Assembly (NCBI GenBank): GCA_963575745.1
Contig: CAUYUJ010000206.1
Span: 62,001 to 116,876, forward strand
Direction of reading: 5' to 3'
Length of the DNA stretch: 54,876 bases
DNA from: Prorocentrum cordatum
Taxonomy: Eukaryota
Shown: piece by piece, positions 43,748 to 54,764 of the stretch
Layout: every line of letters starts with the position of its first letter
How positions within the stretch are numbered: the stretch's first letter is position 1
The notes under the pieces: generated by a model
Seen by the model: only the letters and a program-made list of their open reading frames with translations
Databases searched by the model: none
What the model was told of the DNA's origin: nothing
Translations under genes and position numbers: made by a program

Positions 43748-43808
<61 letters not shown>

Positions 43809-43839
43809 CGCCGGCGATAGCGACGACGACAGCGACAAC

Positions 43840-43871
<32 letters not shown>

Positions 43872-44012
43872 CGACGACGACGACGACTGCGGCGGTGGCG
43901 GCGACGACGGCGACTGTGACGGCGATGGCGACGGCGACAGCGACGGCGCTAGCGACGACAACGACGACAGCGACGGAGACGGCGACGGCGACGGCGACGA
44001 CGGCGACTGTGA

Positions 44013-44057
<45 letters not shown>

Positions 44058-44062
44058 CGACT
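39635..44062. repeat. 4.4-kb degenerate (GAC)n/(GACGGC)n array with recurring sub-motifs (gactgtgacggtggc, gcggacggccgac)
   Basis: Direct reading; stop-poor in all six frames. Confidence 0.96.
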
Positions 44063-44491
44063 CTCCTTGCGATGGGCGTGCGCGTGTGGCGTTCCCGTCG
44101 CGCTGTCAGCTTCGGTGCCGTCAGGGGCAGCATCGGGGGGGGGATGGCTGGCCCATGAGCTTTCGGAAGCTTTCGTCGATTCTCGGTGGTTTTTCGTTCT
44201 CGGGGTGCCTCCAGCAGGTGCGCCTCACAGAGAGAAGCCTGCCAGGAGTGCCCGAGTCGTCCCGAAGCGCCGGAGCTCCGAGTTCTGGCCCCAAAACCAT
44301 TACGGCCGGACCGAGGCGTAAGATCGAGGTCGCTTCGGGGAGGGTGCCCTATGTGATTCGTCCTTGTTGGCTGCTCTTATGCAGCCTGGGGGAGGGTGCC
44401 CTCGAGTGATCTCCTGGTTTGGGTTGTTTTGGCCGGCGGAGCGTCTCGTGTTCTTGAGGGGTGTTCTGTCTTAGGCCCGACCGTAAGGATA

Positions 44492-44660
44492 CAGTGGAGG
44501 CCCATGCCAAGAAACACCTTGCTTGCCTCCAGGGTGCCCTGGGCTTCTTGGGTTCCAATGGTGTTGCCATGGAAGGCGTGACGTTCCCGCACCAAAAATC
44601 CATGGACGCCCTGGGCTCTCAGGGTTGGGTTTCCTATGGGAGGCTTCTTGTGGCCAGGCC
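44492..44660 (+). mobile_element. Left end of a CAGTG-type TIR element (homologous to 49193-49350, related to 3997)
   Basis: TA|CAGTGGAGGCCCATGCCAAGAAACACCTTGCTTGCCTCCAGGGTGCCC; no partner end found. Confidence 0.65.
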
Positions 44661-45727
44661 CCTGCTGCGGGGGCAGCGTCGGGAGAGGGGGGGGGGGCCA
44701 TGGGGATGGGAGGAGATCGGGCCTCCGGGGCTGTCGCTCGGCGGCGCCCTCCTTGCGCTCGTGGGCCCGGCCGCAGCTTCGGTGCCCTCAGGGGCAGCGC
44801 CGGCCGGCAGTTCATCGGGGGCGGAAAAGAGGGGGGTGATGACTAGGGGGGGGGGGATTTCATGGCGCGGGCAATGATATTTCCTCAGATTTCATGGCGC
44901 CTCTTCTTATTTCATTACGTCCCTGGCCCCCCCGCTGGGCCGCGCACATGCCGCCGGTCATGATTTGCACCCCCCCCCTCTTGGACACCCCCCTCTTGGC
45001 CGCTCCCGAGTTCAGGTATGGGGCCCAGAGGGATGGGGCCCTACGGGTACGGCAGGACCGAGGTACAAGATCGAGGTCTGTTCGGGGAGGCTGCCCGGAG
45101 GTTCTTCGTTGCGTCTGCTGGACGTCTTTGTGCATCCTGGGGGGGGGGCATCCTCGGATGCTCTTTCAGTTTGGGCCGGCGGAGGGTCTCATGTTCTGGA
45201 AGGATGTTCTGTCCGAGGTCCGGCTGTGGGGTCAGGGTCCCGAGCTGAGCCGTCACTGTTTGAAGCCCTTGTCTGGACTTTGTAAAACAGGGCCAGGATC
45301 GGGATAGATCGATCCAGGGCGTTCCGGAGCGCTCTCAGAGCCCTCCGGAACGCTCTGGAGCGGCCGCGGCGCCCAATACAGCCTCCAAACCCGCCGATCC
45401 TCAGAGATTTCGAGCTATCCCGATCCGATTTTGTCCCGATCTTCGCGCCGTTTTACGTTGGGCGAGCGAGGGAGGGGAGGTGCGCCAGGCGTGCTGCCAG
45501 CCTCGGTGCCTTCCAGGGCAGCGTCGGGGGGGGGGACCAGCCTGAGAGCTGTCGGATGCTGTCGTCACTCGTCGGTCCCCGGCGGGCGGGCGAGGCTTTC
45601 GGACGTCGAGGCTTTCGAACGTCGAGGCTCGAGGTCTTCGGCGGTGTTCGGACGCTCTCGTCCGTTCGAGGCTCGAGGCCTTCGGACGCTTGCGTCCGTC
45701 CTCGGCGGGGGGGGGGCGTGTCGGGCG

Positions 45728-45848
45728 AAGAGAACTATGCACATGCACCGATCCTGGCAAGGCCCATCCTGAGCCCAGGATCGGTGCATATGCTCGGATG
45801 GGCTCAGGATGGGCCAGGCCAGAATCGGTGCATGTGCATAGTTCTTTT
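45728..45848. repeat. Near-perfect palindrome, ~49-bp arms (MITE-like)
   Basis: aagagaactatgcacatgcaccgatcctggcaaggcccatcctgagccca / tgggctcaggatgggccaggccagaatcggtgcatgtgcatagttctttt. Confidence 0.9.
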
Positions 45849-46212
45849 TCCTCTAGCGTGCGTGTGCCCCCTGAAGAAGTGAAGCAGAGGCGGCAGGCGG
45901 AGTGGGCTCCTCTGCTCTCGGCAGGGGGGGCCCCCGCGGCCTCGGGCTCCAGCGCCCGGCCCGCGCCCGGCCCGCGCAGGGCGGCACGGGCAGGGCGGTG
46001 CCCCCCGGGCCTCCCGGGAGGCCGCCCTCGCCGCCACCGCGGGGCTCTGCTGCGAGGTCCTCGTCGTCCTCCTCCTCCTCCTCCCCCTCCTCCTCCTCCT
46101 CTCCCCTCCTCCTCCTCCTCCTCCTCCTACTCCTCCTCCTCCTCCTCCTCATGCTCCCCCTCCTCCTCCCCTCCTCCTCCTCCCCCTCCTCCTCCTCCTC
46201 CTCCTCCTCCTC

Positions 46213-46243
<31 letters not shown>

Positions 46244-46459
46244 GCGGGGTGCCAGCCTCGGGATGCTCTCCCGCCGCTGCGCCTCGCAGAGAGCCTGCCG
46301 GGGGTGCCCGAGTCGTCCCCGGGCGGCCGCCGGAGGGCCGAGGGCTGGCCCGAGAGCCACGGGGATCGGGGGCAGCGTCGGGGGAGGAGCGTCCTCCTCC
46401 TCCTCGCTACCTCCTCCTCCGCCTCCCTCCTCCCCTCCCCCCTCCCCCCTCCCTCGCCC

Positions 46460-46563
46460 CCCTGGCCAGGCCAATCCTGGGCCCAGGAGCGGTGTATACG
46501 CCCTCCTGGCCTGGCCAGGGAGGCGTATATACAGCTCCTGGGCCCAGGATTGGCCTGGCCGGG
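46460..46563. repeat. Near-perfect palindrome, ~50-bp arms
   Basis: cctggccaggccaatcctgggcccaggagc.gtgtatacgcc / ggcgtatatacagctcctgggcccaggattggcctggccgg. Confidence 0.9.
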
Positions 46564-46638
46564 AGCAGTGGATATGTATAGATATCGTCGCCCTACGTCG
46601 GGGGAGGAGCGTCGGCGGCGAGCGACCAGGGAGCAGTG

Positions 46639-46806
46639 TTAAGCCGAGCGTGTCCCCCTACAGGGGGATCTGGGGCGAAAAATAAAGGATATTCAAAAGA
46701 TACCCCCCAAAAATTGGCAAAAACAGTGAAAACATCGGCCCCTGACTATTTCTTTACTATTTTTGAATATTCCTCCTGTAGAGGGACAGGGACAGGCCCG
46801 ACTTAA
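46639..46806. mobile_element. 168-bp MITE of the same family as 38261-39039, 8-bp TSD with one mismatch
   Basis: TTAAGCCGAGCGTGTCCCCCTACAGG ... GGGACAGGCCCGACTTAA; flanks GAGCAGTG and GAGAAGTG. Confidence 0.8.
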
Positions 46807-47051
46807 GAGAAGTGAGAAGGAGAGGGCCTTCTCACAAGGCGGCGGGGCTTCTCAGAAGCCCCCGCGCCTTCTGGGAGGTCTTCTGCGTCTTCGGGGGAGG
46901 TTTTGGGCAGTTTTTCAGAAGGTCGGGGGACTTCCGAGCCTTCCGAGGAGGCCCGCCGTTTCTCAACTCCACCCCTGGGCTCGCCGCCGAGACTGGCCCA
47001 AAGCAAAGTCACTCTAGGCCTCCTAAACGGAATCCGAGTACGCAAGATCGC

Positions 47052-47157
47052 AGGATCGCGACTCATCATCAATACATCGGCGATGCGACTCGATGTGGAG
47101 CCCGATGTTCTTCACGCTAGATGTATCGGCGATGCAGCGCGATCCTCCGACCCCATC
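47052..47157. mobile_element. Right part of a GATGGGGTC MITE
   Basis: Ends GCGATCCTCCGACCCCATC|TA, the exact reverse complement of the left end at 54559. Confidence 0.7.
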
Positions 47158-47159
47158 TA

Positions 47160-48474
47160 ATGTCAGCTTGTGATTAACAAATGACGGGACCCCCCCCCTC
47201 GGGCTGACGAGTAGACCCCGCGGGGCACCAAAAAATGTTGTTTAACCACGCGCGCCAGGAGGCGGTCGCTAGCGCCAACGAGGGGATCGTGTACCCCCCT
47301 GTATGACAGCCTGCAAACGATGGCCTTTCGTATAGAACTTGTTTTAGGGGTCATACACATCCGAGGCGAATTTGTTTCCCCCTTTCAGGCGTCGTCGTCG
47401 TCGTCGCTGCCGCCGTCGTCGTCGTCGTCGTCGTCTTCGTCGTCGTCGTCGCTGTCGTCGTCGTCATCGTTTTCTTCGTCTTCCGTGTCGTCGTCGTCGT
47501 CGTCGAGTACAGCGGGCCTGCGCATGCAGCACCCCCCCACAGGGCATCCGCATTGCGTCGTCGTCGTCGTCGTCGCGTCGTCGTCGTCGTCGTCGTCGCG
47601 TCGTCGTCGTCGCTGTCGAGTACACCGGGCCTGCTCATGCAGCACCCCCTCCCCCCGTATGGCATCCGCAGTGCGTCGCGTGGTCGTCGTCGTCGCTGTC
47701 GTCGTCGTCGTCGAGTACAGCGGGCCTGCGCATGCAGCAGCACCCCCCCATAGGGCATCCGCAGTGCGTCGTCGTCGTCCTCGTCCCGTCGTCGTCGTCG
47801 TCGTCGCTTCGTCGTCGTCGAGTACAGCGGGCCTGCGCATGCAGCACCCCCCCCCCGTAGGGCATCCGATGTGCGTCGTCGTCGTCGTCGTCCCGTCGTC
47901 GTCGTCGCGTCGCCGTCGTCGTCGTCGAGTACAGCGGGCTTGCGCATGCAGCACCCCCCCACCACTGGGCATCCGCAGTGCGTCGCGTCGTCGTCGTCGT
48001 CGTTGTCGTCGTGTCGTCCTTGTCGTCGTCGTCGTCGTCGTCGAGTACAGCGGGCCTGCACATGCAGCACCCCCCCCTTGGGCATCCGTAGTGCGTCGCG
48101 TCGTTTTCGTCGTCGTCGTCGTCGTCGAGTACAGAGGGCCTGCGTATGCAGCACCGCCCCCCCCATAGGGCATCCGCAGTGTGTCGCGTCGTCGTCGTCG
48201 TCGCTGTCGTCGTCGTCGAGTACAGCGGGCCTGCGCACGCAGCACCCCCCCCATAGGGCACCCGCAGTGCGTCGTCGTCGTCGTCGCGTCGTCGTCGTCG
48301 TCGAGTACACCGGGCCTGTGCATGCAGCACCCCCCCCCCATAGGGCATCCGCAGTGCGTCGTTGTCGTCGTCGTCGTCGCCGTCGTCGAGTACAACGGGC
48401 CTGCGCAGCACACCCCCCGCCCATAGGGTATCCTCTGTGTGTCGTCGTCGTCGTCGTCGCATCGTCGTTGTCGT

Positions 48475-48510
<36 letters not shown>

Positions 48511-49190
48511 CGCCGTCCGCCGTCTTCGTCCTCGTACCGTCGTTGTCGTCGTCGTTGTCGTCGTCGTCGTCGTCGACGCCTACAGAAACCACGACAGAGG
48601 ACGAGAGGAGGACTGCTCGCCATGCTCGGGTCGGACGAAATGCTGGGGAAGGAAAGGAGGGTGTGCGAAACCAGCTGCGCGCAGGTGGTTTCGGTCGCCC
48701 CGCCGAGGGGCTTGTCCTCGATGCGTGGCCGCTTTCGGCGCCAGGGGGCGCTCGGAAAATTAGCCATGTGATCTGCTGGGCAAATCCCCTCTTGGCCACG
48801 CCCCCCTTTCGTCCAGCCCGCCTTGATCGCGGGCCCGCGAGGCAGCCTGCGCCCCCCAGGCTACAGCCAGGGCTAAAGGAAGCGCGTCGGTTCGACAGAA
48901 AAAAAACACGGAAAATGCGGGGGCGAGCGCCGACTGCAGCTTCTCTTCGTTCAAATCGGTGTCGCCCTGGTTCTCGGTCCCTGCTTCTGCCGCCGTTGTT
49001 TCCCGCCCCCCTCCCCTCCCCCAGTCTGTGTTGTCTGTCGCCTTCTCGTTGGCGGTTGGGTTTCGGCGCTACTAATCACCGGCGCCGCCCCGATGATTTT
49101 CAATCTGGCCGGCGCCACCCCGCAACCCGAGCAGGGGAACTTCTTGTAAACGCGCCCCCCCCCCCGGATCTGTTAATCACAAGTTGACAT
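47160..49190. mobile_element. Non-autonomous TIR element, 2031 bp, TA-flanked
   Basis: TA|ATGTCAGCTTGTGATTAACA ... TGTTAATCACAAGTTGACAT|TA (19/20 match). Confidence 0.85.
47389..48580. repeat. Ten ~55-bp units GAGTACAGCGGGCCTGCGCATGCAGCAC(C)nATAGGGCATCCGCAGTGC separated by variable (GTC)n
   Basis: gagtaca at about 47504, 47618, 47713, 47820, 47926, 48043, 48127, 48218, 48303 and 48388. Confidence 0.92.
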
Positions 49191-49192
49191 TA

Positions 49193-50408
49193 CAGTGGGG
49201 GCCCATGCCAAGAAACACCCTGCTTGCCTCCAGGGTGCCCGGGGTTTCTTAGGTTTCAATGGTTTTACGATAGAACGCGTGACGTTCGCACGCTGGACGC
49301 CCTGGGGTCGCAGGGCCTGGTTTCTCGTGGGTTTCTTGTGGGCTGGCCCCCGCTATACTCCGACGCCAGCTCGGAGGCCTCTATAGTCAGCCGCTCTCTG
49401 CGCGCGCCGCGGTCTGGGACAGAGCGGGCTGCCTTGCTCCAAGGCAGGCGGCGTGAGGGAGCGAAGATGCGCTCGCGCCCCGCGCGGCGCGGGGCGCGAG
49501 TTTGGACGACCGCCCCACTGTTTCACAATCCCCCCCTCCCCGATATTTTCGAATCGTTTCCCATACATCTGCTGCGCTGCAGAGCGTTGCGGCCATCGTC
49601 TTCTATACGAAACTGCCGCGGTGTTTTCGTTGTTTCGGAGCTCGGCCTCTGGGGGCCCACGCTGGGTCGCCCTGGCCAGGAAGGGGGGATCCCAGGACGA
49701 GGGGGCTGCCCCCCAGGGAGAGAGGGGGCCGAGGGCTCTGGAGGCCCGCGGCTCGAGGCCGAGCGACGTCCTCGGATGCCCGGGGGTGGCGAGGGGGAGG
49801 CGGGCGGAGCGGGCGGAGCGGGCGGGCGAGCACGGGGCGGGCGGGGGGCGCGTGCCCAAGGGGGGGGGGGGCGGAAGGGGGGCGAGGGGGGGGGGGGGGG
49901 GGGGGCATGGACACGGGGGCCTGCACCCCCCCCCGACCCAACACTCGGCACCCACGGCCCCTCCGTTCTGGGGCAGCTGTGCAGGAGGGGGCACAGAGGA
50001 CCGAGTTGTTTTAACACACCCTGGAGGAAGTAGTGAACTCAGTATGGGTCGGGCGGGAAGTGCCTCGAGGAAAGCCCACCCCGCGCAGGAGCGTGGGGGG
50101 CTTCGCTGCCGGGGGCCCTCGCCGATCTGTCGGCGGTGCGCCGCCCCTGTCAACGCAACGGTTCTCCACCTGAGCTGGTCTCCAGTTCGCGCGCTCCCCC
50201 ATCATTCCCTCTGCTGCGCCAACTTCAGTAGTGCAGTCGGGGCGCTGAAGAAGGAGCCCTTTTCGTTGGGGAGGGGCTCGGTGTTCCCTGATTGTCTCAC
50301 AGCGTGCCTCAGGTTTTCCTTGTGTTTTCGACGGGAAATCGAAGTTTAGCTCGTGGAACATGGGGCCTCGTTCCTTATTTGGGGTTCCTTAGGTCAACGC
50401 CCCGACTG
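49193..50408. mobile_element. CAGTG-type TIR element; right end tentative
   Basis: Left TA|CAGTGGGGGCCCATGCCAAGAAACACCC; candidate right end reverse-complemented TA|CAGTCGGGGCGTTGACCTAAGGAACCCC is only partly similar. Confidence 0.5.
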
Positions 50409-50569
50409 TAGTGGGCCCTTCCCCGGCGTGGCCTGCTAGTGCGGGTCTGCAGGATGGATGCCCCCAGCACTGGCTTTGCGCGCTTAGATCAGCCCGAAGT
50501 TAGGTGGTCCACATGGGGGAGAGGAGAGAGCGGTCGTCACTGCAGAAAGGACACGGGAACGCACGCGAG

Positions 50570-51457
50570 GGATGGAGGAAGGAGGAGGAGGAGTGAGGAA
50601 ACAGGAGTTAAGAAGGATGAGCGAGAAAGGACGAGGGAAGAAGGTGGATGGAAGAGGAGGAGGAGGAGGAGGAGGAGAAGGAGGAGGAGAAGGAGATGGA
50701 GGAGGAGGAGGAGGAGGGAGGAGGAGAGGAGGAGGAAGGAGAGGAGGGAGAGGAGGAATAGAGGAGGAGGGGGAGGAGGAGGAGGAGGAGGAAGAGGAGG
50801 AAGAGGAGGAGGAGGAGGGGAAATAGAGGAGGGAGATCAGGGATGGGAAGGGCAGGAAGATGGGGAAGAGGACGAGGACACGGAGGAGGAGGAGGGGGGA
50901 AAATAGAGGAGGTAGATCAGCAATGGGAAGGGCAGGGTGAAGGGGGAAGGAGGAAGAGGACGAGGACAAGAACGGAGGAGGAGGAGGAGGAGGAGGAGGA
51001 GGAGGAGCTTGAGAGTGAGGCTTCCTGCAGCGCCGCAGGCGCCGCGCTCGCGGCGGGCGCGTCGGGGCGGCGACCGGCGCGGGTGCCCAGCGGGGGAGCG
51101 GGCTGGCTCCAGGGCCCCCCCTCTGGGGTGTTGCTAACAGTGCCCTGGGCCCAAGGTGCCCGTCCCCCACCTCCTCATCCTCATCCTCATCCTGCTCTTG
51201 CTCCTCCTCCACCTCCTGCTCCTCCACCCCTCCTCCTCCGCCTCCTCCTCCTCCCTCCTCCTCGTCCTGCCTTGCTCCCTCCGCCTACTTCCTGCGCCTC
51301 CTCCACCTCCTCCTCCTCTCTCCTCACTCCTCTCTTCCCTCCCTCCCCTCCTCGTCTTCTCCTCCCCTCCTCCTCCCCCCTTCTTGCCTCCCACTCCTCC
51401 TCCTCCTCCTCCTCCTCCTCCTCCTCCTCCTCCTCCTCCTCCTCCTCCTCCTCCTCC
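50570..51457. repeat. (GAG)n-rich then (CCT)n-rich low-complexity tracts
   Basis: Direct reading. Confidence 0.9.
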
Positions 51458-51459
51458 AG

Positions 51460-51840
51460 GGTGCTGAGACCGAGCGGCAACATAAGATGGGTTTTGCCAT
51501 CCTGCACAAGACCCAGAGGCCGCTGTTTTTCTGTTTTGCCTGCGGTGCTTACACCAGCAGGCGATGTCACTTGCTAGGTCAGACCTGCGTCAAGAAGCTG
51601 AGCACTGCTGGTGAACAGGTGCTCACACGACTGCAGGCTGGCCTCCACCCTCATTACAGAAAGAACACTGAGGGTGATGACTCGCTGGCGCCTGCTAGAG
51701 CGCCGTCGAAGTCGGTGCTTCTTGCCCCTCCTGGCCCTCTCGCTGCGGGGTCGTCTCGCTTGGTCGATTCCGACCGCTTGCGAGCGCTCGCAGCCCGCAT
51801 TCTGCTGCCTGAAGCTGACGTTCTGCCGCAAGGTCGTCCC
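51460..51840 (+). CDS. Cys/His-rich coding island (HKM..FCFACGAY..C..GLHP): exon or 3' fragment of a non-LTR retrotransposon ORF
   Basis: Open, non-repetitive frame between two CCT arrays with a CxxC zinc-finger-like motif; preceded by CAG|G. Confidence 0.45.
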
Positions 51841-52775
51841 GTCCTCCTCCTCCTCCTCCTCCTCCTCCTCTCCCTCTCCTCCTCCTCCTTTTCCTCTCCT
51901 CACTCCTCCTCCTCCTCCTCCTCCCTCCTCCTCCTCCTCCTCTCCTTCCCTCCTCCTCCTACTCCTCCCACTCCTCCTCCTCCTCCTCCTCCATCTCCTC
52001 CTCCCTCTCTCCCCTCCTCCCCTCCTCCTCCTCCTCCTCCTCCTCTTCCTCCCCTCCTCCTCCTCCTCCTCCTCCTCCTCCTCCTCCGCCTCCTCCTCCT
52101 CCCTTCTCCCTCCTCCTCCTCACTCCTCCTCCTCCTCATCCTCCTCCCTCCCTCCCCTCCTCCTCCTCTCCTGCTCCTCTCCTCCTCCTCCTCCTCCCTC
52201 CTCCTCCTACCTCTCCTCCTCCTCCTCCTCACTCCTCACTCCTCACACTCCTTTTACTCCTCCTCGCTCCTCCCTCCTCCTCCTACTTCTTCCTCCTCTT
52301 CCTACCTCCTCCTCTCCTCCTCCTCCCTTTTCCTCCTCTTCCTCCTCCATCCTCCTCTTTCCTGCCTCGCTTCTCTCCTCCCTCCTCCTCCTCCTCCTCC
52401 TCAAAAAAAAAGGATCCTCCTCCTCCCTCCTCCTCCTTCCTGCCTCCTCCTCCCCTTTCCTCCTCCTCCTCCTCCTAAACCTCCCGTCCCTCCCCTCCTC
52501 CTCCTCTACCTCCTCCTCCTCCTCCTACGCTCCTCCGCCTCCACATCCTCCTTCTCCTTCCCCTCCTCCTCTCCTCCTCCTCCTCGTCCTCCTTCTCCGG
52601 CCTCCGCCTTCGACCTCCGCCCCTCCTCCCTCAGTTCTACCCTCCACCACCGCCTCCTCCGTCCTACCCTCCTCCTCCTCCTCCTTCTCCTCCTCACTCT
52701 TCCTCCTCCTCCTCCTGCTTTCCTCCTCCTCCTCCTCCTCCTCCGGGTCCTTTGCGCTTCCTCCTCCTCCATTCC
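51841..52775. repeat. Degenerate (CCT)n
   Basis: Direct reading. Confidence 0.95.
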
Positions 52776-54324
52776 TTTTCCTTATGAATAACTCCACCCT
52801 GTCGGTGGTAGGATTGCCAGAAGTGTCTCTGGACCACGGTGCCCCCAGGATTCCCAATGAGGCCCTCAGAGAGGCGCAAGGGGCCCTGTGGGCTTCAAAA
52901 CTGGAGCGAGAAGCTGAGGGCGGCACACTGGGCCAGGGTCACCGTTGGCAACCCCCGACTCTGTGTTTCTCTCTCTCTCTCTCTATCTCTCTCATGCGCT
53001 CCGAGGCCGAGGCCTCCAGCGTCGCGGCCTCTTCGATCCTGGCGGGAGAGAGGAGGGAGAACGGGAAGGGGGGGTGGGAGGGAGGTCGGCCGGACGCAGG
53101 CATACGGGGCGCTCCCAAAAAGGGTTCCGCTTTCGAGGGCGGGAGGAGTTGGCACCTCTTCCTCGGCGGGAGGCCGGCGGGAGTCAAACGACGCCGCCTG
53201 CGCCTGCGGAAGCCAGCGGAAGGCTGGCGGAAGGCGAAAGAAGTAACAGGTGCAGGAGGAGGAGGAGGAGGAGGAGGAGGAATGGGAGGCGGAGGAGGAG
53301 CGGGAGGGAGGGGGAGGGAGGGGGAGGGAGACAGGGCTCCTGACCTCCCCCACCTCCACCGCCTCCCCCACCTCCCTTTGCCTCACCTGCTCCCCCCGGG
53401 GGGAAGACGGGGGTTGGGGGTAGGGTCGTGGGGGACGATCCATGGAGAGGAAGCATGTTGCCAGATCATTTCCAGATGTCTGGAAGATGTGTGTAAAACT
53501 GTAGTAAAAACATGTTTAAACAGGTTGTAAACATTTGCGGGACAGTTTCCGACATGTTAGATACATGTTTAATTCGAGGATAGGACTGTCAGGGTGTCCG
53601 TTGTCGCGGCATCCACAAGGGTAGGGGGACAGAGCCGAGGTTGATTGGTAGGTCGACCCTTCCAAGTCGAGGGTGCCCCTGCGCCACGCGTTTCGCAGCC
53701 CGCGTCCTCTGCACCCCTGTGGCGGTGTGGCCCCCGGACCGCGGTCGACAAGGCCGAGGTCGGTTCGGGGAGGGCACCCTCGTGCTGTTCGCGCTTGCTG
53801 GGTGCACGCGTGCATCCCGAGGGAGGGGAGGGCACCCTCGAATGCTCTTCCTCTTCCTCCTCCTCCTCCTCCTCCTCCTCCTCCTCCTACCCACTCCTCC
53901 TCCTCTCCTCGTCTCCGCCGCCTCCCCTCCCATCTCCTCCTCCTCCTCGCTCCCTCCTCCCCCCCCCCCCCCCCCCCTCCCTCCTCCTCCTCCTCCTCCT
54001 CCTCCTCCTCCTCCTCCTCCTCCTCCTCCTCCCTCCTCCTCCTTGGGCCGGCGGAGGGTCTCGTGTTTTTGAGGGATGTTGGTCTGTCCTAGGTCTTGCC
54101 ATGCGTAGTCTCGTGTCCTCTCGCGCGTCCTCCCCAGACCGAGTCGAACTGCAGGAGGGGCAGGTGTCGGACGGGGCTAGGACGAGGATCACTCCGTTCC
54201 AGGCCGTTCTGTAACGCTCCCAGAGCGTTCTGGGACGCTCAGAGAAGGCCGCGGCGCCCGAGATATTCTCCAGAGCCGCCGTCTCTCAGAGATTCTCGAT
54301 TCGAAGGAAGTAAAACTGCATACG

Positions 54325-54478
54325 CATAAACTGTTTGCGTTCCGCGCGGGTTTCTTGGATCGGCGCCTGGGCCTCCCCCAGCGGCGCCTCCAGCGCCGCC
54401 CCCTGGCGCGCTCCGCGCGCCAGGGAGGGGGGTGCAGCGCAGATCCAAGAAATCTGCGCGGAGCGCCAAAAGTTTATG
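54325..54478. repeat. Imperfect inverted repeat, ~42-bp arms (MITE-like)
   Basis: cataaactgtttgcgttccgcgcgggtttcttggatcggcgc / gcgcagatccaagaaatctgcgcggagcgccaaaagtttatg. Confidence 0.8.
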
Positions 54479-54558
54479 TTTATGGCGTTTCTTTTCTTCT
54501 GCTATTTTATCCTCGCCCGATGTTTCCTCGTCCCGGCGTCATTTTTCTAGGCCTCCTA

Positions 54559-54764
54559 GATGGGGTCGGAGGATCGCACCGCATCGCCGATGCATCGGCG
54601 ATGCATCGACGGCTCGATGTGGGGCCCAGTTTTCTCCACGCCGACGTCGCAGATGCATCGCCGACGTATCGCATGGCCGATGCATCGCGGATGCATTCGC
54701 GATGCATCGCCGATGCATCGGCGATGCGGCGAGAACCTCCCACCCCATCTGTTCGGACCCCATC
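54559..54764. mobile_element. 206-bp TA-flanked MITE with TIR GATGGGGTC and internal GCATCGCCGATGCATCGGCGATGC palindromes
   Basis: TA|GATGGGGTC ... GACCCCATC|TA; relatives at ~26455, ~33910-34030 and ~47052. Confidence 0.8.

Noticed and set aside
38888..44158. Large Asp/Thr-rich ORFs on both strands
   Set aside because: Stop-poor (GAC)n array with frequent phase shifts.
47389..48580. CRISPR array
   Set aside because: Spacers are just (GTC)n and the array lies inside a TIR element.
52780..52960. Small exon (MNNSTLSVVGLPEVSLDHG...)
   Set aside because: Short, no motif and no convincing splice evidence.
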